From Naegleria gruberi (lineage: Eukaryota), in the NCBI GenBank assembly GCA_000004985.1, contig GG738911.1: a stretch of DNA of 64,000 nt; one strand, written 5' to 3'. Under the pieces are notes generated by a model that was given only the letters and a program-made list of their open reading frames with translations, searched no databases and had not been told where the DNA came from. Below are positions 12,353 through 22,917 of the stretch, piece by piece. Numbering within the stretch: the stretch's first letter is position 1; the number at the start of each line of letters is the position of its first letter. Position numbers and translations under genes: made by a program.

Positions 12353-12576
12353 TTTTTTTGTATTCGAAACTAGCCTTTATTTCTGCCTCTTTCAGTTTCA
12401 CAATACGAATCACAAACAAGCCTTCGTTTTAAATTGAATGAGAAACTAACATGGCAGGATGTTCCGTTATGGAAACATGGAAATATTGGGATGAACTAAT
12501 CACACAACATTGATCACTAAACTTGCCTAATTGAATCGAATATAATCACTCCATAGTATGCACTAATAAATTCTTC

Positions 12577-14466
12577 CTAATCCTCGTAAATGTCATTGTG
12601 GAAACTAAATACTTCTTTTTCGATAGCCAATGCCAATAAATCCATTAATAAATATTCCTTATTATTAAAGATCACCACATTCTTCCTGAACTTTTTCAAA
12701 ACCTTTAGCAAGTCTCCAAAATTAGGTGACAATGTAATATTTCTATAAACGTCCAATAACTTTCCAGAATCGAGCTCAAGAGTTTGTGGATCAATTAATG
12801 AATTATTATTTAAAGATTTGTACATTTCTTGCAAGTTAAATTTGATCTCTTTTGTATAATAATCATTTTCAAGACCCACACTAACGCATGGTTTTAAAGT
12901 GTCCAGAAAATCTGATAATTTACATTTGACAGTGAACTCTTGTGGTACACAAAGATACACTGGGAAATCTGTCAAATTCTTTCCGTTTTGTTGCAAATCT
13001 GATTGCAATACTGCTAAATGGTAATCATCGGGACTAATTGAGTTTGCACCAATAATGTGAACTTGATCAATTGGCAAATAATCGGATAAATACTCTAAAT
13101 CTGGTTTGATATTTTGCAATGCAATAGTAAAATCTATAGATTTTAGCTCGTCAACTACTTGCTTAAGGTCACAATCCACAAACTCGGAAATTACTGAAAC
13201 ATCCTTAAACCCCTTAAATTCTACAAGTTGTTTAAATCCAAAGTTCATATTTGCTAGAAAGCTCACAACGTTTGGCACATTATTTTCCCTCACAATCACT
13301 TGGGGTAACTTTGCTCCAAGTCTTTCCAATTGCAAACATATTTCCTCACCCAAAGGTTTATCTATAGAGTAAGTGTCTAATTTCAATTCTAATTGATACA
13401 CTTGCTCCTTACCACATGAAAATATGGTTTTAGAAACTCTATCGTATGCGTAAGCCTCCATCAGTACATCATCTCCAATTTTTTTGATAACCATGTGACT
13501 GGATTTGTCAATTAGATACAGACCGTCCTCATATCTAAGGACATGAAACTTATCAAGCTCCATTTCAAACATTAATTCCACCATCCCAATACGATCATCT
13601 TGTTCTACAGAAAATAATATTTCACTCTTTGCAAAGGTTGGACCATAATATTTTCTCACATAATGCTCCGAACTATGGCCATTACCAAACACTAACAAAT
13701 AATCAGAATGGGGATAATAACGAACAACATATTGTGCGTCATCATCAATAAATGTATACTTGAACACCAAGCTATCTCCATCAAATACTAGAATTTTTCC
13801 AAAGTTCACAACCATTAACTCATTTCTAGGTCCAATAAATTCCAAATTTGCACAAGTAAAGCTATCTGCATCCATTACTGGTTCTACTTCTTTCATAATT
13901 GGGAACTTCTGATCTGGATCAAGTAGAATTTTCATCAAACAATAATCTTGCGAAATAGTATACAAGATTTCTTTCCCATCACCATTTTCTACAATGTGCA
14001 TTGCTATCACATTTCCATGGAAATGATTAATATCATATAGAACATTTCCACTCTCTAAACAAACAATAAGAATTGAAGCCTTGTTGTTGGCGGCAAGTAG
14101 CCACCTTTTGGTGGGATGTATTGTTATGGATGGTATGCCATAGTCTTCTTCCGATAATTTAAAGGTTTTAAGAGTGATGAGACTAGTCTCTTCCAAACAA
14201 GTTATTGTTGGAGTGTGGAGTTTCTCCCGAAGCATTGAATTCGTATAATGATTCTCCACTCCATCAAGAAATACCAATCTTGTGAGATTTTCAGAGTCAT
14301 CATTCTCTTCATCATGAAGGCTTTCAATTTTCTTCTTTTTTAATTTTGGTTCGTGTTCGCTGATAGTTTCTTCAAGAAGCCTTGATTTCATTTTTTTGTA
14401 AAATATTTCCATTCCATTTAGGTAATTAATGGATGTTAATGTTTGATTGATGGACCATTTAAACAA
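12577..14466 (-). CDS. Paralog family member of unknown function (629 aa).
   Basis: Full-length ORF, about 45% identical by eye to 14500..16368 along the whole length. Acidic N-terminus with a KKKK patch. No recognisable catalytic motifs. Confidence 0.6.
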   Translation of the reverse strand: MFKWSINQTLTSINYLNGMEIFYKKMKSRLLEETISEHEPKLKKKKIESLHDEENDDSENLTRLVFLDGVENHYTNSMLREKLHTPTITCLEETSLITLKTFKLSEEDYGIPSITIHPTKRWLLAANNKASILIVCLESGNVLYDINHFHGNVIAMHIVENGDGKEILYTISQDYCLMKILLDPDQKFPIMKEVEPVMDADSFTCANLEFIGPRNELMVVNFGKILVFDGDSLVFKYTFIDDDAQYVVRYYPHSDYLLVFGNGHSSEHYVRKYYGPTFAKSEILFSVEQDDRIGMVELMFEMELDKFHVLRYEDGLYLIDKSSHMVIKKIGDDVLMEAYAYDRVSKTIFSCGKEQVYQLELKLDTYSIDKPLGEEICLQLERLGAKLPQVIVRENNVPNVVSFLANMNFGFKQLVEFKGFKDVSVISEFVDCDLKQVVDELKSIDFTIALQNIKPDLEYLSDYLPIDQVHIIGANSISPDDYHLAVLQSDLQQNGKNLTDFPVYLCVPQEFTVKCKLSDFLDTLKPCVSVGLENDYYTKEIKFNLQEMYKSLNNNSLIDPQTLELDSGKLLDVYRNITLSPNFGDLLKVLKKFRKNVVIFNNKEYLLMDLLALAIEKEVFSFHNDIYED

Positions 14467-14499
14467 GCTTTACCAATTACTGTTAAATAATAAATTGAA

Positions 14500-16368
14500 C
14501 TATTCATCATTCTCAGAGTCATAAAAAGTTTCAGTTTGGAATTGTATCAATTCTCTTTTTCCACTAGCTTGTGCCATGACTAATAAATCTACCAATAAAT
14601 ATTCCGTCTTGTTGATTGTTACAATATGTTCCTTGAGTTCTTGATTAACCTGGAGCAAAGTACTAAACTGAGGTTTAGTTGCTACATTTCTGTAAGATTT
14701 TAATAATATGGTAGGGTTGAGCTCTAAAGAAATTTGAGAAATTAATGAATTATTCTTTAAAGCTTCGTACACTTCTTGCAACTTGAACTTGAACTCTTTG
14801 GTATCGTCATCCCTTTTAAGTTTCACACTAATGCATGGTTTTAGAGTGCCAAGGAAATCTGATAATTTACATTTAAATATATTCTTTTCTCGAATAACTA
14901 AGATTGGAAAATCTGTTAAATACTGTCCATTTTGATGCAAATCTGATAGTAATACTCCTATACAATACTTATCGCACCGAACTGAGTGACCACCAATAAG
15001 AAACACTTCGTCGTTTGGAAATTTGGTTGGAAAAAGGCCCTTTAAATCTTCCTGTACAATTGTTTTAAAACTAAAAGAGAAATCATAATGTACACCTCTA
15101 ACCTTGTCAAGTCTAACAGGCTTGTTTTCAATTATTTCATAATACTCAGAAATTAGTGATTGGTTCGCAACCCCTTCAAATTGAAGTTCAGCGAACGGCT
15201 TTGGTTCCGACCTCATTTGTTTCAAAAAGCTCACTGCATTTGGTGTATTGCTTTCCTTAACAATTACTCGAGGTAAATTTAATCCAAGTTTTTCCAATTT
15301 TAAACAAACATCCTCTTCCAAAGGTTTATCAATAGAGTAAGTGTCTAATTGTAATTCTAATTGATAGACTTTCCTCTCCCTAGTATATCCAAATATTGTT
15401 TTTGAAGCTCTATCGTAAGAATAGTTTTCTATCAGCAAATCAGTCTCAATTTTTTGGAGAAGTAAATGGTTTGATTTTTCGATAAGAAACAAGTCGTCTT
15501 CTACTCTCATTACGTAAAACTTATCAAGCTCCATTTCGAACAGTAATTCCGCAAGCCCAATACTATCATCCAGGTCAACGTACATTACCATTTCACTTTC
15601 TGAAAAGTTTGGTCCATAGTATTTCCTTAACACATGTTCCGGGTAATTATTAGAAAATACGAATAATTGATCATGAATTGGATTATAATGAGTGTAGTAT
15701 GTTCGATACAATTCACTTTCACTTGCAAACTTCGTCTTCACGAAAAATTCACCGTCAAATACTAATAATTGGTTTGTAAAACCCACAAATAACTCATTCC
15801 TAGATTCAATAAATTTCAAATCTGTAATATCACCAAACTGTAAGAATGATCTATGGTTCAAAATTGGTAAATCCCTCTCTGTATCAAGTTTGATTTTTAG
15901 TACTTCTCTATGGCTATACAAGAAGACAATATCATTATCCCCATGCTCACTCTCCACAATACACATTCCATAAACATCATTATCAATTTCTAATCTAAAA
16001 CTGTGCAATGTTACTCCACTCTCCAAACTGATAATTTTAAAACCAATATGATCAGAATCATCTTTTAAACAAGTAACAACAAGCAACCATTGCTTTTTTT
16101 GATGTATTTGAATGCATGATATTCCATCCGATATTTCAAATGTTCTACGAACAACAAGTTTAGCCCCCTCCAAACAAGTCATCGTGGATGGATTGCAAAG
16201 TTTCTTACAAAGCAATGAATTCATATAATGTTTCTCAATTCCATCAAGAAACACCAATCGGGTGCGATCGTCATCATTATTTAGATGATCTTCAATCTTC
16301 TTCTTTTTTAATTTTGGTTCATACTCGTATTGACCATCATTCATTTCCTCATCATTGTGTGATTTCAT
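14500..16368 (-). CDS. Paralog family member of unknown function (622 aa).
   Basis: Full-length ORF co-linear with 12577..14466. The three copies lie head-to-tail on the minus strand. Confidence 0.6.
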   Translation of the reverse strand: MKSHNDEEMNDGQYEYEPKLKKKKIEDHLNNDDDRTRLVFLDGIEKHYMNSLLCKKLCNPSTMTCLEGAKLVVRRTFEISDGISCIQIHQKKQWLLVVTCLKDDSDHIGFKIISLESGVTLHSFRLEIDNDVYGMCIVESEHGDNDIVFLYSHREVLKIKLDTERDLPILNHRSFLQFGDITDLKFIESRNELFVGFTNQLLVFDGEFFVKTKFASESELYRTYYTHYNPIHDQLFVFSNNYPEHVLRKYYGPNFSESEMVMYVDLDDSIGLAELLFEMELDKFYVMRVEDDLFLIEKSNHLLLQKIETDLLIENYSYDRASKTIFGYTRERKVYQLELQLDTYSIDKPLEEDVCLKLEKLGLNLPRVIVKESNTPNAVSFLKQMRSEPKPFAELQFEGVANQSLISEYYEIIENKPVRLDKVRGVHYDFSFSFKTIVQEDLKGLFPTKFPNDEVFLIGGHSVRCDKYCIGVLLSDLHQNGQYLTDFPILVIREKNIFKCKLSDFLGTLKPCISVKLKRDDDTKEFKFKLQEVYEALKNNSLISQISLELNPTILLKSYRNVATKPQFSTLLQVNQELKEHIVTINKTEYLLVDLLVMAQASGKRELIQFQTETFYDSENDE

Positions 16369-16649
16369 TTTTTAAATAATTTACAATTAATTCTTCATCA
16401 TCAATAATATATTTTCATCAATTTTTCTGAGCATCGGAATGCACACACTCTTTCATGGGAACCATCATCCTTACAAATTGTTGAAAAAGATGTTGTTGTG
16501 TCGCCTCTTTAATTTATTGTAAATTCCGTTTAATAATTTGCCCAAAAAAGTCGTCCAGCAAAAAACACTCGACACCTCTTTGTGTTGTATCGACTTGGCT
16601 TCACTTTAAGGCTTAAAAAACAACACGTTGCGTCGAGTTTACAATTTTT

Positions 16650-16662
16650 TTATGGCGCGCAA
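16650..16662 (+). promoter_or_regulatory. GC-rich 13-mer TTATGGCGCGCAA (palindromic GCGCGC core) in the divergent promoter region between the paralog gene start (16368) and RPL41 (16747).
   Basis: Exact 13/13 match to 22723-22735. Expected chance occurrence in this AT-rich window is far below 0.01. Both copies lie about 220-280 bp upstream of a minus-strand ATG. Confidence 0.4.
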
Positions 16663-16746
16663 CTTCACTTTCGCGAGAAAATAAGCTTAAATTGATTGAC
16701 GCTGTTGAATATTGGAGTTTTCATCTGCAAAAAAAATACAATAACC

Positions 16747-16887
16747 ATGAGAGAAAAGTGGAAGAAGAAGCGTATGCGTAGACTTAAGAAAAAGAGAAGG
16801 AAGGTAAGTGAATATTCATAGTATGGTGTGGTTTCTTAAACTGTTATTTTAATATTATTATTACAGATGAAGCAACGTGCCAAGTAA
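16747..16887 (+). CDS. RPL41: Ribosomal protein eL41 (RPL41), 25 aa. Two exons (16747-16803 and 16867-16887) with a 63-nt intron at 16804-16866 (GTAAGT...TTACAG).
   Basis: Spliced product [25 protein letters not shown], versus the canonical eL41 [25 protein letters not shown]. Too short to appear in the ORF track. Confidence 0.8.
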
Positions 16888-17292
16888 ATTAACTTGAATT
16901 GTTTTGCTCTTTCGTAAGAAGACTTGCACCTTTGTGCAACCAATTTTGTTCCGAGAGAATTTTCAATAAAAGTACAAAGTTTCGAAACGTAATTGTCCAG
17001 CTATTGTACAGAAAACTAATCGATAATTTTACAGCATGACGATGAGCCAATTTATCAAAATTTAGTAACCGAACAGCTGCAACGACGAAGTGTTGTCCAG
17101 AGACTGGGGAATATTTATGCTTTGCTTTAAATTACTGTGATGATACTATTTATCTGCACAAATTCATCAAGTAATGCTCCATCTTGTTACTTCACAACAT
17201 CAAGTGCTCCGACTGCATTTCAAATTCCTTCCCAGCACAGCCAACAATAATTTCATTCTTTAAAGCCTAACGTTCATTACGCTCAAGTTTAT

Positions 17293-20200
17293 TTAATGTA
17301 AAGTTTCATCTTCTGGTTGAATTTCACTAGATACATCTTCACCAATGAAATTATCAGCATTTGCATTCAATTCTTCACTGGTCAAGACAGCAGATTCGTG
17401 ATGCTTTGCAGAGAGGAGGTAAGTTTGTGTCATTCCCTTGCCCTTAACTTCAATCATTCTCTCTTCGAATGAAAAGCCCAAGTCATATACTCTCTCATAG
17501 GTAGACCGAGAAACTTGAATTCTTCCTGGCTTGGAATTTGATTCCATTCGAGAGGCTGTATTGATTGAATCACCCCATAAATCATAGGCAAACTTCTTAC
17601 GTCCAATGACACCTGCTACAACTGGTCCAGTGTTGATACCAATTCTAATGTTAACTTGTTCTTCAAATCTTCCCTTTCTAAAGTTGGAATTGAAAGAACG
17701 AATCACTCCAAAGGTATCAATGGCAAACTTTAAGACTCTTTCAGGATGGTCTGATTGAGCATTCAAATCATGCAAACCACCTGCTGCAAAGTAAGCATCA
17801 CCAATTGTCTTGATCTTTTCCAAATGATAACGATCTGTCAAATCGTCAAAGCCCATAACAATTTGATTCAACATTTGAACCAATTCATTAGGAGCTAATT
17901 TTGAAGATAAACTAGTAAATCCAACCATATCTGAGAAAAAGCAAGTGATATCAGCAAATTTCTCGGCAATCAATGATGTGCCATTTTTAAGTTTTGCTGC
18001 CACTGCTCCTGGTAGAATGTTCAATAATAAAGTTTCAGAGTTTTTCTTCTCCTCAGCAAGGAGAGCATTATGCTATATTATTGTAAGGTTTTAAGATGAT
18101 TATTATAGAATAGAACATGTAAAAAAACTAATAAAAAGAAAACAAACCTTCTTTTCTGATGTAATATCCTTAATAAAGCATGTGATAATTGGTTTCTTCT
18201 CAAAGAGAGTTACAAAAATATTCATTTTGGCTGGGAATGTAGTTTGATTCTTTCTAATACATTCCACGTCAAAGGATTCACCCTTTGGATCAAATTCTGT
18301 GACAGTTTGTTTCATACTGTCTACAGCTTTTCTAATTTCATCATGATGTTGTGGACACAGGAGTGTAAACAGCAATTTACCAATTACATCTTCCTGTTGA
18401 TTTCCAAACATTCTTTGAGCTGCTGGATTGAAAATTTCAATATCACCACGATGGCTACACAAAATGACGCCATCAACAGCAGCATTTAAGATATTTCTAA
18501 CTTTGGCATCTTCTCCCCCAACATTTCTCTTCTTGACAAATAATCGAGATAGGGCACCATCGCTGAGAGAGTGATAAAGAGCATAATTTCTCAATTGTTC
18601 ATTATTTTCAAATGTTTCAATTGATAAATAATTGAATAAGGACCTTAGAGAAAAGACATTCTTCCAGTGTATCCTTAAAAAGTAGTACATAATTACACAA
18701 CCAATAAGGTTGACTGTAAATCCAACAATGGCCAAAGCTGTTATTTGAGTTACCATTGGAGTTGAGGATTTAACAGCAAAAATAAGTGAAAAGTCAATCA
18801 ACTTGAACGATGCAGTATTAGCCAAAAAAGCAACTGCATAAAATTCTTGCAAGATAACAAGCAAGTCTTGATAGTTGGAAGTTTTGGTTGTTGCAACCAA
18901 ATCTTCGATAATTCTTGAGGATTTGAGAATAGTATCCTGAACCATATAATCAATACCAAAATCACATTGTGTGTAATTGTCTGGTTTGTATCCTTTTGGA
19001 ATGACCATGGCATTGTATATTGAAGAGACAGATTCAATTGTACAATTCAAATCCCCACGAATCATGTGATCAGTTTCTGGAAACATACCGACAACTAGAG
19101 TTTCGTACGCCTTAACAGCAGAACCATACATACACAAATTCCAAAAGTATCTCAATTTGAAAACAACATAGTCAAAGTTAGTCCTTAGCACTTTGATATC
19201 AGATTCTGCGAGTATGGGTATTTCATCTAGTCCATAATTGTTCAACATATTTGTGGAAGAATGATAGAATTGTTCTGCAACATTGAAAGACAATCGTTGT
19301 AAGAATGCCATTGCATCAAAACCATCTTCCATGGTAATGTAAGATTCAAAACTGTACTTGGAATTTCCAAGAGTTTCTTTAAGGAAAATACCCAAACTGA
19401 CAGACACAGCAATCATTACAAAAATACCAATAATGATAAAGATATTCTTCGGTTTAAGAATGGAGGTCTTGGGAATATGAATAGAAACTTCATCACCAAC
19501 TTTCTTACCAAGATCATGGAAGAGTTTACCAACTTCATTCTTTGACACATGGGTGTGAATTAGTTTGATTTGCTGTTTCATTGTAGAGAGTTCAAATCTA
19601 CTATATAGCAGGTAAATTGTTGCATAAACCACATAGAACGCAAGAACAACAGATGTAAATATGGTAAAGGTGTCGTTAATTCTTAGGGCATCCTCCTTTG
19701 CAGAATCTGTAAAAACTCTGCAAAACTTTTGATAGGCATAAGTGATGGTTTCTTGATTTCTGTACATGAGCATAAACCCATAACTATTTAAACTATTCAT
19801 TAATTGGTCGTCTCCACTGTTAACCATTTGATCAGAAAGCTTTACAAGAACATTGGTAATATCAGTAATGGTCACATTTTCTGCCATGGTTTCGTTGTAA
19901 AACTTGGTTTCCATTGTTGCATCTGATTGCATTTTTGGAACATAGAAAGGATAGTAAAATTCATGGTAATGTGAGTAAACTGATGGATTGAATTTGGCAT
20001 CATAGGCCTTTTGTTGTAAATTAACCAAGATTTGTCTCAATTTTACAATGTTCTGTTTCAGCAATTTAGGGCTAAGGAACATTTCACTGGTCATTGTTTT
20101 TGGAATTGAAGAAGACGTGGAATTCATTAAATTTACAGTAGATTGATAGGCACGAACTGTTACCAACATATTTGACAATGCAGCTATTGGCGAACAAGCA

Positions 20201-22500
20201 TCAATCACGTTAATAACATTCAATGTAACGACATCTGAAAAGTTGAGGGCAATTACGATACCAGCAATTAAAAAGGCAAATCCCAACCCAGCAAATAAGA
20301 AAAAGATGGTCATTTGAATATTTCTTGGTGCTGGCACAGAAAGCGCATTTCTAAATACCATTTCTCTCTTTTGTTCGCCAGAAACAGTATTTTCAATACC
20401 GTTGAAATTGTCAAAACTATCCTCAATACTACTCATTGTTTCATAATTCATTTGTGAAAAGGATTGAGGGTTTTCTACGGTAAAATTGATAGCATTAACG
20501 GAGGCTTGAATCAACTTTCTAGAGTTATCAACTGTCTCAGCTGTTCCAACAGAATTAGAGTCTGGATGTACTCTATTCTTTCTTGCTAGTTTGGCTTTGA
20601 AAGCAGCACCTCTTTTTTGGAAGTTACCTTCATCTTCCTCAAGAGTCATTGCTTCATTAAAGTATTCACTGGCAAGGTCCTTATTAAACTTGATATTCTC
20701 CAAATAGTTAGCATACATTCTCAAGACAGTCTTGTCGTTATAGTAGAGCGATAGTAAGCTGTTGAACATGTTATCACACTCCTCAATGAGAACGGCATTA
20801 CGAGAAGCAATGCTTTCAATCTTTTCATAGTTCACTATCTCTTGCATTTGCTCCTTCCAAAAATGGCGATGGAGAGATGTAATCTCAAGCATGGATTTTT
20901 CAATCTTTGAAAAGGTAGCTTTAAGATCGATTGCATTCTTTTGTCCCCTTATTCCCTCAGTAGTAGAAGTTTCAACTTCTTTCAATCGTTGACCCAGTAA
21001 AAATCTCATGTACAAATTTGGTCGTTGCTTGATAGCCTTTTTAAGGAGAGCAAGTGCAAACGTGGACGCGTTCAATTCTTCTCCCATAAAGTAGGCAGCA
21101 ATGCATGCAGAGCTGTTCAAAATGTTTTGGTCACTGAAACCCTTCTGAGAGGAAATAGCCCTGATGAATGAAATGATAAACATCAAGTCTGCATTTTCTT
21201 CTTCATCCTTTAGCATTACTTCCACTCCCATTGTAAACCTCATGTACATGTCCATCTTGGAAAGGTTTCCATCGTCCTCAAGCTGTTGATAAATATTAAG
21301 GGCCTCTCTTTCAATGTTTTTATCTTGAATTGCTGTAATAAACTTCTTTCTCAGCTTTTTTACAATGATTCTTGAGTATATTTCTGCAATGACGCCTCCT
21401 AGAATTCCAAGAAGAACCACCAAAGCAAGAGTCATCATTGATAACCCCACACCCATAACATTATCATTGGTTGGATTAGCCAAACTTGTCACGAGACCAC
21501 CAATACTGGCACCAATACGAGCGCTTATTACCCCAGCCACTATTGAGTTCTCAAACCTTCTCATCATTGGGAAAATCTTGAATAGCAAGACTAATAATAT
21601 GAAGGAACACACCAGATGCACAATCGATCTAATGAATGCATAGTTGGCTGGTATTAAAAAGTGTACAAGCATGCCCAAAATGTTGCAAATAACTCCCAAA
21701 AGAGGAAGAATGGCACTATCTCCGATCATTGGGGTTGTGCTTAAGGGATGAGAATTTGGAAGCATGATTACAGTCAGTAACGCCTCAACTTGTAAGAGGA
21801 CAATGAATATTAAGGAGAGGGCCATCATGACAATGTTCCTCGTTTCAAAACATGTAACTGAATCAAATCTATTCAAATAGGATGTCGTAGTGGTCGTGGA
21901 GTTACTCAGCAGTGAACCAACAGCCACACTTGTAGATCCTTGTTGTTGCACCAAATTGTTGGTATTGTATCCATAGTCACAATCAACAAAGCTCGTGAAG
22001 ATGTAGGTCATTGGTGCAGAGAGAATAAGGAGAGCAAACAAGGAAATGTGAAACACATACTTCACATAGGGAATAAACTTGGAAGTGGATCTCACAGCTC
22101 TAATGGTGAGTGCAAAGGCTCCAAGAGCGAAAAGCACGAAAAACATTGAAATACTAGCAAGAGCAATGGCTCCATCATATGGAATAAGATCCAACGATAA
22201 ACTTGTTGTATAGTTCAATACTGTGAAAATCCAAGATCCCCAAACACCAAAGTTAAAGTGATGTGGACTCAGTAAGGGCATCCAAATAAAACTCCAAAAC
22301 AAGAGAATGTATAATGTAAGGGTCATGACAAATGTACGTGTTCCATGTCTTCTTGATGTGTTTTGTGCAGTGAATACAAAGGAAAGAAATTCAGTTCTAA
22401 CCTTGACTTGGAGAGAACTTGCCGACTCTGAGACAATGCTTTCAGAGTTTTGAGAACTATCCGAGCCAATAAAAGAGGCTCCAGCAATAGAACTTCTCAT
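17293..22500 (-). CDS. Class III adenylyl/guanylyl cyclase. N-terminal multi-TM block, TPR-like region, second TM-flanked sensor region, PAS domain, C-terminal cyclase catalytic domain. Two exons (22500-18148 and 18072-17293) with a 75-nt intron at about 18073-18147.
   Basis: ORF 18103..22500 ends in a PAS-like segment (...VDGVILCSHRGDIEIFNPAAQRMFG...). The donor AAG|GTTTGT and acceptor ATATAG|CAT join it in frame to HNALLAEEKKNSETLLLNILPGAVAAKL. The catalytic motifs follow: FSDMVGFT, KIKTIGDAYFAAGGL, WGDSINTASRMES. Confidence 0.8.
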
Positions 22501-22722
22501 CTTGTTCTGATGATATTAACCGGAAAATCAAAATATCTATTACTAAGGCTTTAAAATTAAAGCCCAAGCAATCACTATTAAACAATGTTGTTGTATTGTT
22601 CTTGTTGTTCTTGGTGAAGGTGAAACCAAAATAACAATCGGTATTATCGTTAGAGTTGAACCGGTTTTTAAGGAAGGAGGAGAGGTAAGGCGTTTTTTTC
22701 TGTTCTGAAAACAAGTGGCGTA

Positions 22723-22735
22723 TTATGGCGCGCAA
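22723..22735 (+). promoter_or_regulatory. Second copy of TTATGGCGCGCAA, about 223 bp upstream of the cyclase ATG.
   Basis: Exact 13-mer repeat of 16650-16662, in the same orientation relative to the downstream minus-strand gene. Confidence 0.4.
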
Positions 22736-22917
22736 GTTGTGTGGTTCAACAGCGAGTTTTGTGAGTGAAGTGTCAAGCTACTATTAGGGAAGGTTAATCG
22801 ATACAGCTGTTCTCATCTCTTTTTGGCCTTCCTCTTCCATTAAGGGATGTCTTTTGTGGAATGGATTCTTGTTTTGTGGATCAAGTAAACTCCTCTTCTT
22901 TTGAAATACTATACAAT

